Source: an uncultured Pirellulales bacterium
Lineage (GTDB): Bacteria; Planctomycetota; Planctomycetia; Pirellulales; CAYZVT01
Length of the DNA: 42,519 nt
Assembly: GCA_964481585.1 (NCBI GenBank)
Contig: CAYZVT010000002.1
Coordinates: 1 to 42,519 of the forward strand
Reading direction: 5' to 3'
Positions 9,506 to 17,022 of the stretch are shown piece after piece. A program made the translations under genes and the position numbers. Under the pieces are notes generated by a model. It saw only the letters and a list, made by a program, of their open reading frames with translations, had not been told where the DNA came from and searched no databases. Each line of letters opens with the position of its first letter. Position 1 is the stretch's first letter.

Positions 9506-10249
9506 ATGAAAAAACAAGTTTGCGGCGCGATGGTTATGGTTATCGTGGCGGTGAGCCTCCTGTCCGCGCGGCCCGCCTTGGCGGACGAGCCGCAGCAGAA
9601 CGTGCCCCCGCAAGGGTTCACGGCGCTCTTTAATGGTAAGGATCTGACCGGCTGGTGGGGCTTGCCACACTTCGATCCCCACAAGCTCCAGGCGATGACC
9701 GCCGACGAGCGCGAGGAGCTAAAACAAAAGCACGACCAAGCGTTCCGCAAACACTGGCGCGTCGAAAACGGCGAACTGGTCAACGATGGGAACGGCCCCT
9801 TCGCCACGACCGACGCCGACTATGGCGACTTCGAGCTATGGGTTGAGTATAAAACTGTGCCCAACGCCGACAGCGGCATCTATCTACGCGGCGTGCCGCA
9901 GGTGCAAATCTGGGACACGACCGAAGCCGGCGGAAAGTGGAAACACGGCGCCGACAAAGGCTCGGGCGGGCTGTGGAACAACCAAAAGCACCCCAACGCC
10001 CCGCTCGTACACGCCGACAAACCGTTCGGCGAGTGGAACTCCCTGCGGATCACGATGCTCGGCAACAACGTGACGGTTTATCTGAACGACCAACTGGTCG
10101 TCGACAACGTGCCGCTCGAAAACTACTGGCACCGCGACCAGCCGCTCCCCAAAACCGGTCCCATCCAACTGCAAACCCACGGCGGCGAAATCCGCTGGCG
10201 CAATGTCTTCCTCCGCGAGATTAAATCCGGCGAAGGCAAGTTGCAGTAA
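9506..10249 (+). CDS. DUF1080 (3-keto-disaccharide hydrolase/lyase family) secreted protein
   Basis: Signal peptide; LFNGKDLTGW, YGDFELWVEYK, DSGIYLRG, GEWN, GPIQLQTHGGEIRWRNVFLREI. Confidence 0.9.
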   Translation: MKKQVCGAMVMVIVAVSLLSARPALADEPQQNVPPQGFTALFNGKDLTGWWGLPHFDPHKLQAMTADEREELKQKHDQAFRKHWRVENGELVNDGNGPFATTDADYGDFELWVEYKTVPNADSGIYLRGVPQVQIWDTTEAGGKWKHGADKGSGGLWNNQKHPNAPLVHADKPFGEWNSLRITMLGNNVTVYLNDQLVVDNVPLENYWHRDQPLPKTGPIQLQTHGGEIRWRNVFLREIKSGEGKLQ

Positions 10250-10405
10250 CGCCTGGGGCGCCGTCCTCGTCTGCGAGCCGAATTAGAGCGGACTCAGGGT
10301 GACACCGGCCGCGTGGCAGGCTTTACCGCACTCGCTGGCACTGATGGAGCGTCGCCGGCGTGTTCTTCGGACTCGTTGGAGCGATAAAGCAGCCCCGGAG
10401 GAGCG

Positions 10406-11509
10406 TCAGGTGATTCGATACCTTTTTTGGAACTCACGAATTGCCCCGACGTCGTTAAACATCATTACGTCAATGATGGAAAGCCACGGCACGAATTTGT
10501 TTGAGTGTTGCCGGTACTCGACGGGCAGGCTCTCGATGAATCCCAACTCCACCCCCTTGGACTCAAAATATTCTTTCGCGTAGAGCTTATCTCCTCCGGC
10601 AGCATTGACGTACCTCTTGTATCCGTGAGCTTTGACAATTTCGATCAAGCGATCTGCCTTGTCCATTCCTTTCGATTCTGGTGAGCAGTCCGAAGATCTT
10701 GTGTAATTGAACGTTATTCCTAGGTAGTCACATACTTGAACCATTGAGCGAATTGCCAAGTCTGACACACTGCAATGGCTCTCCGCAAAAACGGATGTAA
10801 CCAAAGGCATGACTTGGGAGAAATACGGGGCTTTCTGGTAGGCTTGGGTCAGGGTGCGTCTGAACTTCTCTCTCCACCTGTCGTCAACTGCCAGTCGTGT
10901 CTCATTGATTAAGCTGTTCGGGCTAGCGTTTGACAACGGGACGGTAAAGAGACAGTCGCTTCCGTTCATCAGGATTCGGTTTCTGTTTATCCATCCTCCC
11001 TTGATGTAGTGAACGTCGTCATAAAAAACGAATAGGCTGCTTGCGTCAATAAGGTGAAAGTACCCCAAATAAGGAAATACATACGGCTGCATCACGGCTA
11101 TTCGCTTTTGCAGGCACATGCTGTAGGCAGTGCCCGATTTCCCTGCCAGAACAAAGCCTAAGTCCCGATAGAGTTGCATGGCCGGATTCTGTTCGTGTAC
11201 TTCCAGCTTAACGTCTTTGCTTGACGAGTGGATAAGCTGCGTGAGCAGTCTTTTGGCGTAACCTTGTCCACGATGTTCAGGATGTGTCCAAACCATGGTT
11301 ATGAATAGGTCTGGACCGTTGTCGTAATAAAGGATGTAGGAAACCAGCTGGCCCGTGTGCTCGTGCCTAATCTCAATGCTCTTTCCCAGGCTGGTTACTT
11401 TCTGTGCATAATCATCCAGGTTGGGAATACTGAAGTAGGTTCCATTCAGAGGCGTTAGAGAGCTAATGATTTCTGCTTGATCGACCACTGATTTTCCTTT
11501 CTGACCCAC
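10406..11509 (-). CDS. GNAT acetyltransferase - WbqC family fusion protein
   Basis: N-terminal THPEHRGQGYAKRLL (GNAT motif A) and NPAMQLYRDLGF; then IAVMQPYVFPYLGYFHLI, FVFYDDVHYIKGGWINRNRI, YVNAAGG..LY, FVPWLSIIDVMMFN (WbqC). Confidence 0.88.
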   Translation of the reverse strand: MGQKGKSVVDQAEIISSLTPLNGTYFSIPNLDDYAQKVTSLGKSIEIRHEHTGQLVSYILYYDNGPDLFITMVWTHPEHRGQGYAKRLLTQLIHSSSKDVKLEVHEQNPAMQLYRDLGFVLAGKSGTAYSMCLQKRIAVMQPYVFPYLGYFHLIDASSLFVFYDDVHYIKGGWINRNRILMNGSDCLFTVPLSNASPNSLINETRLAVDDRWREKFRRTLTQAYQKAPYFSQVMPLVTSVFAESHCSVSDLAIRSMVQVCDYLGITFNYTRSSDCSPESKGMDKADRLIEIVKAHGYKRYVNAAGGDKLYAKEYFESKGVELGFIESLPVEYRQHSNKFVPWLSIIDVMMFNDVGAIREFQKRYRIT

Positions 11510-11870
11510 TTACCGGCTTGATCGTCTGTACCAGGTGCGCATTTTTCAGCGGCGTTGGAGCTTTCTTCCATCCAGAGCCTGCGGTCGGTCTCGTCCTCGG
11601 CGATGCGGCCAGACGAGATCATGCTTTTGGGCGAGCCGATCGCGCGGAACTGGTCGGAACCGCACACCCGGATCGGCCATTCGCGGCGCCGGGGCTTCCC
11701 CGACAGGGATCTGGTCGAGCACGCCCAGATCCGAGCGTGACCTCAGCCGGCGAAGCACTCTCGGTCCGGCTGATCGAGCATATCGAGAAAAGCATGCCAG
11801 CCCAATCGACGGCACTAACAACGCCAGCCAGCCAGGCGCGAGCTATGCAACAGGATTTTGTACAACGGCA

Positions 11871-13580
11871 CTAGTGGAAGTGCTGGTTGAGCGAGACTTC
11901 CTTGATCTGTCGGCTATCGGTCTCATAGACCCGCAGCCGCACCTGCACGCCCTGCAGCGGAGCGAGATAGGGCGGCGACGTTTCGCGCTCGCCGGCGTCG
12001 TCTACGCCGCCTGATTCGTTGTCGTCGAAGCCGGTAGTGCTTAAATCGGTTTCGCCGTCGTTGTGCTGGTCCACTCCATCGTGCTCGTAGTGGAAGGACC
12101 AGGTGTCGTAGGTCCTCACCAGGTCTACGTGCCCAATGCCGACGCCGGAAAAGTCGCTGGGATTGGGGCCGTCGTAGCCAAGATCGACATAGGCACCAGT
12201 GCCGACGAGCACCGAGCCAGGATAGCTTGCATCGCAAGGACCGACCACGATATCGCCAGTCGAGTAAAGCTCAGCTGTCGGGTCATATGCCCGCACATCA
12301 AAAGCAAGAACATTGCGGAGAACGATGTCCTCCCCTTTGCGAGCGCCGGTGAGCGGAGCAATCGGCATCATTTGATGCGGGAAAGTACTCGAATCGTGAC
12401 GAAACCGGCTCTCGCGCTTGGTCAGGTCACTGAGCGTGTTGAGAATGATCCGAGTGCCGTCGGCATTTAGTCTCGCCGATAGATCATGCCGCTGTTGAAA
12501 GTCATGCAAGTCTTGAACGGCTGTTTCCGGAACGACCTGCAGGTCACTTGCGGTTATCAATTCCGACGCCCAAGGCGCGACCAGCAGCACGCGGCGGTAG
12601 AGCGTCCGCATCTGCGGCGGAATATCGTCGGTCGCATTACCGGATACAAATCCGTCTTCTAAGGCGAAGTAGACGATCTCCGCTACCGGGGACTCGATAA
12701 TTGTGGCGTTGGAGGTCGGCTGGGGACCTGCCCCTTGGTCGATCCGCCCCTGAAACGGCTGACCGTTGCTGCGGGCGGTAAAAGCAAGCACATCGTCGTA
12801 GTCGCCGAAGCGCCGGTCTCCGCCATCACTTCCCTCATCTCCCGATGAGACGGGAACAAAGCGAGCGGCATCCGCGATGACGACGCCGTTGGCGCCTGAG
12901 CTGGAGATAACGACGCTGCCCGAGGTTCCAGCGGTGAAATGATAGGTGCCCATATCATTCCAGTTGGCCGCCAGGCCGTCCGAGCGTTGTGAAAAAGTGC
13001 GGGTCTCTGTGCCTGAGGAATGATTGATCGTCAGCGTGACGTTTGTCGCACGGTTGGTAAAGGAAATCCAGTAGAGCTCGATGCGGTACTCAGCCCCGGC
13101 GCTAATATTGGGCCTAAAAGTTGCGGTCGCACTGCCTCCAGTATCATACACCATCGTTCCAGCGTAAGCGGGAACCTCGCCCGTAGCCGGGGCACGGACA
13201 AAACTGCCGGTCATGGAGAATCCGGAGTCGAGATCGTCGACTACGACCGTCGTGGGGGTAGGCCCTCCCGATGAACCAAAACAGTCTTTGTCCCTCGTAT
13301 CCCCTTCGACATACTCAAAGTACCCCACCCCTTCTTCGGGACGAATCCAGGGCCGCACGGGACAGGTAATGCTGGCCAGATCGGTTTGCACTACGTTACG
13401 GGCGTGGCGGAGGCGGTCGCTCATTTCGAGCGTGGCGCGGCTGTGGGCGACCGAGGTGCCGAGCAGATCGAAGACGCTCACGACCGTCGCCATGAGAAGG
13501 AGCGTGACGGCCATGGCGACGAGCATTTCGACGAGCGTCACGCCGCGCACGAGCGTGCGCGAGGAGGAGTAGCGGCGCAT
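11871..13580 (-). CDS. Prepilin-type N-methylation (pseudopilin, PilW/GspJ-like) protein with internal golvesin/xanthan-lyase-CBM-like domain
   Basis: RG|VTLVEMLVAMAVTLLLM class III signal with E5; EGVGYFEYVEG, GDYDDVLAFT, YDTWSFHYE, ETSPPY..PLQGVQVRLRVYE. Insert VVVDDLDSGFSMTG...NRATNV...WNDMGTYHF...VIADAARFV. Confidence 0.85.
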   Translation of the reverse strand: MRRYSSSRTLVRGVTLVEMLVAMAVTLLLMATVVSVFDLLGTSVAHSRATLEMSDRLRHARNVVQTDLASITCPVRPWIRPEEGVGYFEYVEGDTRDKDCFGSSGGPTPTTVVVDDLDSGFSMTGSFVRAPATGEVPAYAGTMVYDTGGSATATFRPNISAGAEYRIELYWISFTNRATNVTLTINHSSGTETRTFSQRSDGLAANWNDMGTYHFTAGTSGSVVISSSGANGVVIADAARFVPVSSGDEGSDGGDRRFGDYDDVLAFTARSNGQPFQGRIDQGAGPQPTSNATIIESPVAEIVYFALEDGFVSGNATDDIPPQMRTLYRRVLLVAPWASELITASDLQVVPETAVQDLHDFQQRHDLSARLNADGTRIILNTLSDLTKRESRFRHDSSTFPHQMMPIAPLTGARKGEDIVLRNVLAFDVRAYDPTAELYSTGDIVVGPCDASYPGSVLVGTGAYVDLGYDGPNPSDFSGVGIGHVDLVRTYDTWSFHYEHDGVDQHNDGETDLSTTGFDDNESGGVDDAGERETSPPYLAPLQGVQVRLRVYETDSRQIKEVSLNQHFH

Positions 13581-13826
13581 CGAGCCTCTCCCTCAGAAGA
13601 AGATCCCTGTCTCTGTCCGCCTGTATTGCACCACGGCCCGCGATTTCTGTCAAGCTAGCGGACACCGCTCCCGCCGCCGCATCGGGGCCGATCCCCAGGG
13701 AAAAAAGCTATCTTGCGGCCCATGTGGGATCGGCGTACGATCCGTCGCGGCAGGTGCCGACGGGCCGGTTCGGGGGATCGTTCCGGTCGTCGGGCGTGCG
13801 CCGAATCTTCTGAGGCGGATCGACTG

Positions 13827-14081
13827 ATGGCAGCCAAGCGCAACTCAGACCGAACCGAGCTGCCCTCGCCGCTGGGGAGCGAAAATCTCTGGCACGAAGC
13901 CCTGCAGCTCTGGCTCCGCTGGAACGAGGAGCACGACCAGATCACCGACGCCATGTTCCGTGCCCGCCGCGATACACGCCGGCTGGCCGCTCTGGCTGAG
14001 CGGATCGACCAGATCGACCAACTCCGCTGGCGAGCGGTCGAGTTGAGCCAGACGCTGCTGGAAAGCCGCCGCGCGGGGTAG
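13827..14081 (+). CDS. Small helical hypothetical protein (84 aa)
   Basis: GAGG RBS before ATG 13827; amphipathic helical sequence (LWHEALQLWLRWNEEHDQIT...). Confidence 0.6.
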   Translation: MAAKRNSDRTELPSPLGSENLWHEALQLWLRWNEEHDQITDAMFRARRDTRRLAALAERIDQIDQLRWRAVELSQTLLESRRAG

Positions 14082-14089
14082 ATGGCGGA

Positions 14090-14322
14090 CAGCCATTAGC
14101 TATTAGCCGTCAGCTATTAGCTATTAGCTATTAGCTGTTAGCTGTTAGCTGTTAGCGGCCAGGGGCACGTCGGCCGGAACTGCCGCCTGCGCGACGGATG
14201 GCGGGGGCGCACCGCGACAGCGGAAGCCCCCGAAGCGTTCTGGTCTGGATTCCCGCCTGCGCGGGAAGGACGGATTTTCCTGACGGCTTCGCTAACGGCT
14301 GATAGCTAATAGCTGACGGCTA
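14090..14322. repeat. Heptamer tandem arrays in inverted orientation enclosing a REP-like palindrome
   Basis: (TTAGCTA/TTAGCTG)n at 14090-14157. TAGCCGTCAGCTATTAGCTAT at 14104-14124 is the exact reverse complement of 14302-14322. CTGGATTCCCGCCTGCGCGGGAAGGACG lies at 14245-14272. Confidence 0.85.
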
Positions 14323-14331
14323 CCCGCTGCC

Positions 14332-14889
14332 CTAGTCGATCGGTTCGAGCAAAAAGTCGTCGATCTCCATCGAGACGCCTTGCTGGAGAAATTGCACGGC
14401 GACGACGAGCTTGCTGCGGCCGCGCTGGGTGAGGACCGTTCCTTCGGTGCCCAGCAGCGTGCCGGCTTTAACCCGCACCCGCTGGCCGGCGACGAGCCGG
14501 CGCTCGACCGTGAGCGGCGCGTCGGCTTCGATCAGTTGCTTGACGCTCCGCAGATCGCGCACCAGCTGCTGGCTATCGGTAACGGCGATCATCTGCGAGA
14601 CGCGGTTGGTCGTTAGGCACTGCACCCGCTCGCTCTCGGTGGCGAACAGAAAGAGATAGCCGCTAAAAAGCGGGACGTGCGAGGTGACGCGACGCCCGCG
14701 AATCAGGCTTTGTTTGCGCACGAGCGGCAAATAGAAGGGGATGCGAAAGGTCAGCAGTTGCCGAGCGAGCGCCTTCTCCTGGCGGGCACGGGTGTAAACG
14801 GCCCACCAGCAGCGCTGGCTCGGCTCCCCGGCCAACTCGTCGAACAGATCCTGCGGATAAATCGTCGGTTCGGCGGCAAGGATTGGCAT
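14332..14889 (-). CDS. Specialised NusG-family transcription antiterminator (RfaH/UpxY/LoaP-like)
   Basis: WWAVYTRARQEKALA, YLPL, PLFSGYLF (NGN domain); GQRVRVKAGTLLGTEGTV (KOW). Not in a secE-rplK context; likely start ATG 14889. Confidence 0.9.
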   Translation of the reverse strand: MPILAAEPTIYPQDLFDELAGEPSQRCWWAVYTRARQEKALARQLLTFRIPFYLPLVRKQSLIRGRRVTSHVPLFSGYLFLFATESERVQCLTTNRVSQMIAVTDSQQLVRDLRSVKQLIEADAPLTVERRLVAGQRVRVKAGTLLGTEGTVLTQRGRSKLVVAVQFLQQGVSMEIDDFLLEPID

Positions 14890-14931
14890 GGAAAGAGGCT
14901 TCTTTCGCGGCAAGAACAGTGCTGCTTTTGA

Positions 14932-14959
14932 AGTATCCGCCCGGTCGCGCGCTTGTCAA
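14932..14959 (-). promoter_or_regulatory. Sigma70-like promoter of the NusG paralog
   Basis: Minus-strand TTGACA (14959-14954), N16, GATACT (14937-14932). Confidence 0.5.
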
Positions 14960-15429
14960 ACCTCACGGCGCCGCGCGCTGGCCGGCATTTGCTTGCCCCC
15001 GCCGGACCAGGGCGATTGACTCAAATTGAGCGGCCTGAGCGAGCGTAGGGCGTTTCAGGCTCTCAAACGGGTACGGCAGCTTATCAAGCTGCGAAAACGC
15101 TTCGCGGCGGCCCGGCAATGTGGCGAAAACGCAGCACGACCGGCTGCGCTGCGGGTTGTCCGATGGCTTGCGCAAAGCGTGTCGCAGCCAATAGTTGCTG
15201 CTTGCATCCCCGCAACCGCCACCCCCGTTGGCATGGCGCTTGCGAACAGCCGCTACCCAGGTGCGCGGCAGCAAGTCCGCGCGCTCCGGCGGCTTGGAGC
15301 GTCGGGCAGCGAGGCCCAAGCGGCGGCCGCGCTCCGCACAAAGAGGCCCGCTAAACGGCGCAAACAAAAAAATCCCAAAAGGCGCGCAATTCATGAGCCA
15401 ACAGTCGCCCACCCCCGTATACAAAACGC

Positions 15430-15457
15430 TTGACACTCCCGCAACACCAATTACGAT
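15430..15457 (+). promoter_or_regulatory. Sigma70-like promoter of the glycan locus
   Basis: TTGACA (15430-15435), N16, TACGAT (15452-15457); A-rich tracts further upstream. Confidence 0.65.
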
Positions 15458-15949
15458 GAGCTTCGTAGGCGAGAATGGTTGCGTGCCTCTCCACCCCTAC
15501 TTAGAGCCTGCAATCCAACCAAGTTCCCATCTTCGGCGGGGTTCACTCGCCCTCGACGGTTCGGCGCGGAATTGCGGGTGGCGCGATCGAAACTCGTATC
15601 GGGCGACGGTCGTGCGCGTGGTTAGCGGGATTGGCGCGAGCAAGCGCAAAACGCCGAAGTCTCGGTTTTTCCGTTTTTTGGGTTTCGCTGCCCTCGGCAA
15701 CCGAAACTCGCGACGGAGGGAACCTATATTTCGGCAGCAACAGTGCGGAGTGCAGACCGCAGACGTTGCTCGTCGCATCGCTTCCTTGTCAGGCAGCGGT
15801 GGCGATGTGAGATGGGCTTGCCACCTATTCTAAGACTCCTTTTCAGAATGTAGGCCGATGCTGCGCAGCGCGCCTCCATGTGCGCCGGCTGCGAGCATCA
15901 GGCTCAAAAGCGCGACTAGAGCTTCTTTTCTCCAAACGGTATTTGGACG

Positions 15950-16933
15950 ATGGATTCGCAGAAGCCGACGAAGCAATCTCTCCCTTCCGGCCGCATCGCC
16001 AGTTCGGCGGCGTCCCCCCCTCATCTGCACGCAACCGAGGGTGGCTCCTTCTCGCTTGAAGACCTTTCGCCCGGCTTTTATGTCGGGGCCGTGGCGCTTG
16101 TCGCGGCGTTCGTTTGGTCGTTTTGGCCGACGTTGGCCGAACTGGTGGCGGCTTGGGAGCGTGAGCCTGATTATTCGCACGGGTATCTGGTCGCGCCGCT
16201 GGCGCTGTTTGCCCTCTGGCTTCGCAAGGACAGCTTCCCCAAAGGAAGCCTTGGCATTTGCTGGTACGGCCTGCTGATCGTCGCCGCGGCGATGACGCTG
16301 CGGACGATCGCGGGGCTGTACTACGTCGGCGGGGTCGAAGGCTGGGCGATGGTGCTGTACATCGCCGGCGCGTGTCTGCTGCTGGGGGGCTGGCGGTTCT
16401 TCCTCTGGTCCTGGCCGGCCGTGGCGTTCCTCGTCTTTATGATCCCGCTGCCGTTCTCGGTCGAGCAGGCGATGCGGTTGCCGCTGCAAGGAATCGCCAC
16501 GCGGCTGAGTTGCTGGATGCTGCAGTGCTTGGGGCAGCCGGCGCTGGTCGAGGGCTACACGATCCTGATGGGCGAGCACCAGTTGAACATCGAAGAGGCC
16601 TGCTCGGGGCTGCGGATTTTCGTGGCCATCGCCGTGCTGGCCTTTGCCTACATCATGATCGTCCGCCCCACCTGGTGGGAGCGGATCGTGCTGCTGGTGG
16701 CAATCGTGCCCATCGCGCTGATTTCCAACGCCTTGCGGATCGTGGTCACCGGGCTGCTGTACCAGTTCGTTTCGGGCGAGTCGGCGCGGCACTTTTCGCA
16801 CGACCTGGCTGGCTGGATGATGATCCCCCTGGCGGCGGCAATGTTCTTCCTGGTGCTGTGGTATCTAAGCAAGTTGATGAAGGAAGTGGAAGTGGTTAGC
16901 ATGCAGGATCTTTTGCAGTCGCATCCCACTTAG
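15950..16933 (+). CDS. Exosortase (EpsH family)
   Basis: Multi-TM; DYSHGYLV, EEACSGLR (Cys), SNALRI (Arg), HDLAGW (His). Confidence 0.93.
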   Translation: MDSQKPTKQSLPSGRIASSAASPPHLHATEGGSFSLEDLSPGFYVGAVALVAAFVWSFWPTLAELVAAWEREPDYSHGYLVAPLALFALWLRKDSFPKGSLGICWYGLLIVAAAMTLRTIAGLYYVGGVEGWAMVLYIAGACLLLGGWRFFLWSWPAVAFLVFMIPLPFSVEQAMRLPLQGIATRLSCWMLQCLGQPALVEGYTILMGEHQLNIEEACSGLRIFVAIAVLAFAYIMIVRPTWWERIVLLVAIVPIALISNALRIVVTGLLYQFVSGESARHFSHDLAGWMMIPLAAAMFFLVLWYLSKLMKEVEVVSMQDLLQSHPT

Positions 16934-17022
16934 GGACGCGGACGGATCGGCCTTCATGGACTCCACCGTCGGTGCATTTACTTCTCCTTTGAGATCAGAC
17001 TGCTGAAGAACGGACGACTCGC

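Noticed and set aside
11805-11870. GCACTAACAACGCC as an attC-like core next to the low-GC gene
   Set aside because: No matching GTTRRRY end or long imperfect palindrome, and no integrase.
13625-13653. TTGACA-N17-TGCAAT upstream of the pseudopilin
   Set aside because: The -10 lacks the conserved A; too weak to list as a feature.
14963-15833. Several overlapping ORFs in the NusG-exosortase intergenic region
   Set aside because: No recognisable motifs; they overlap the promoter and hairpins, so the region is better explained as non-coding.
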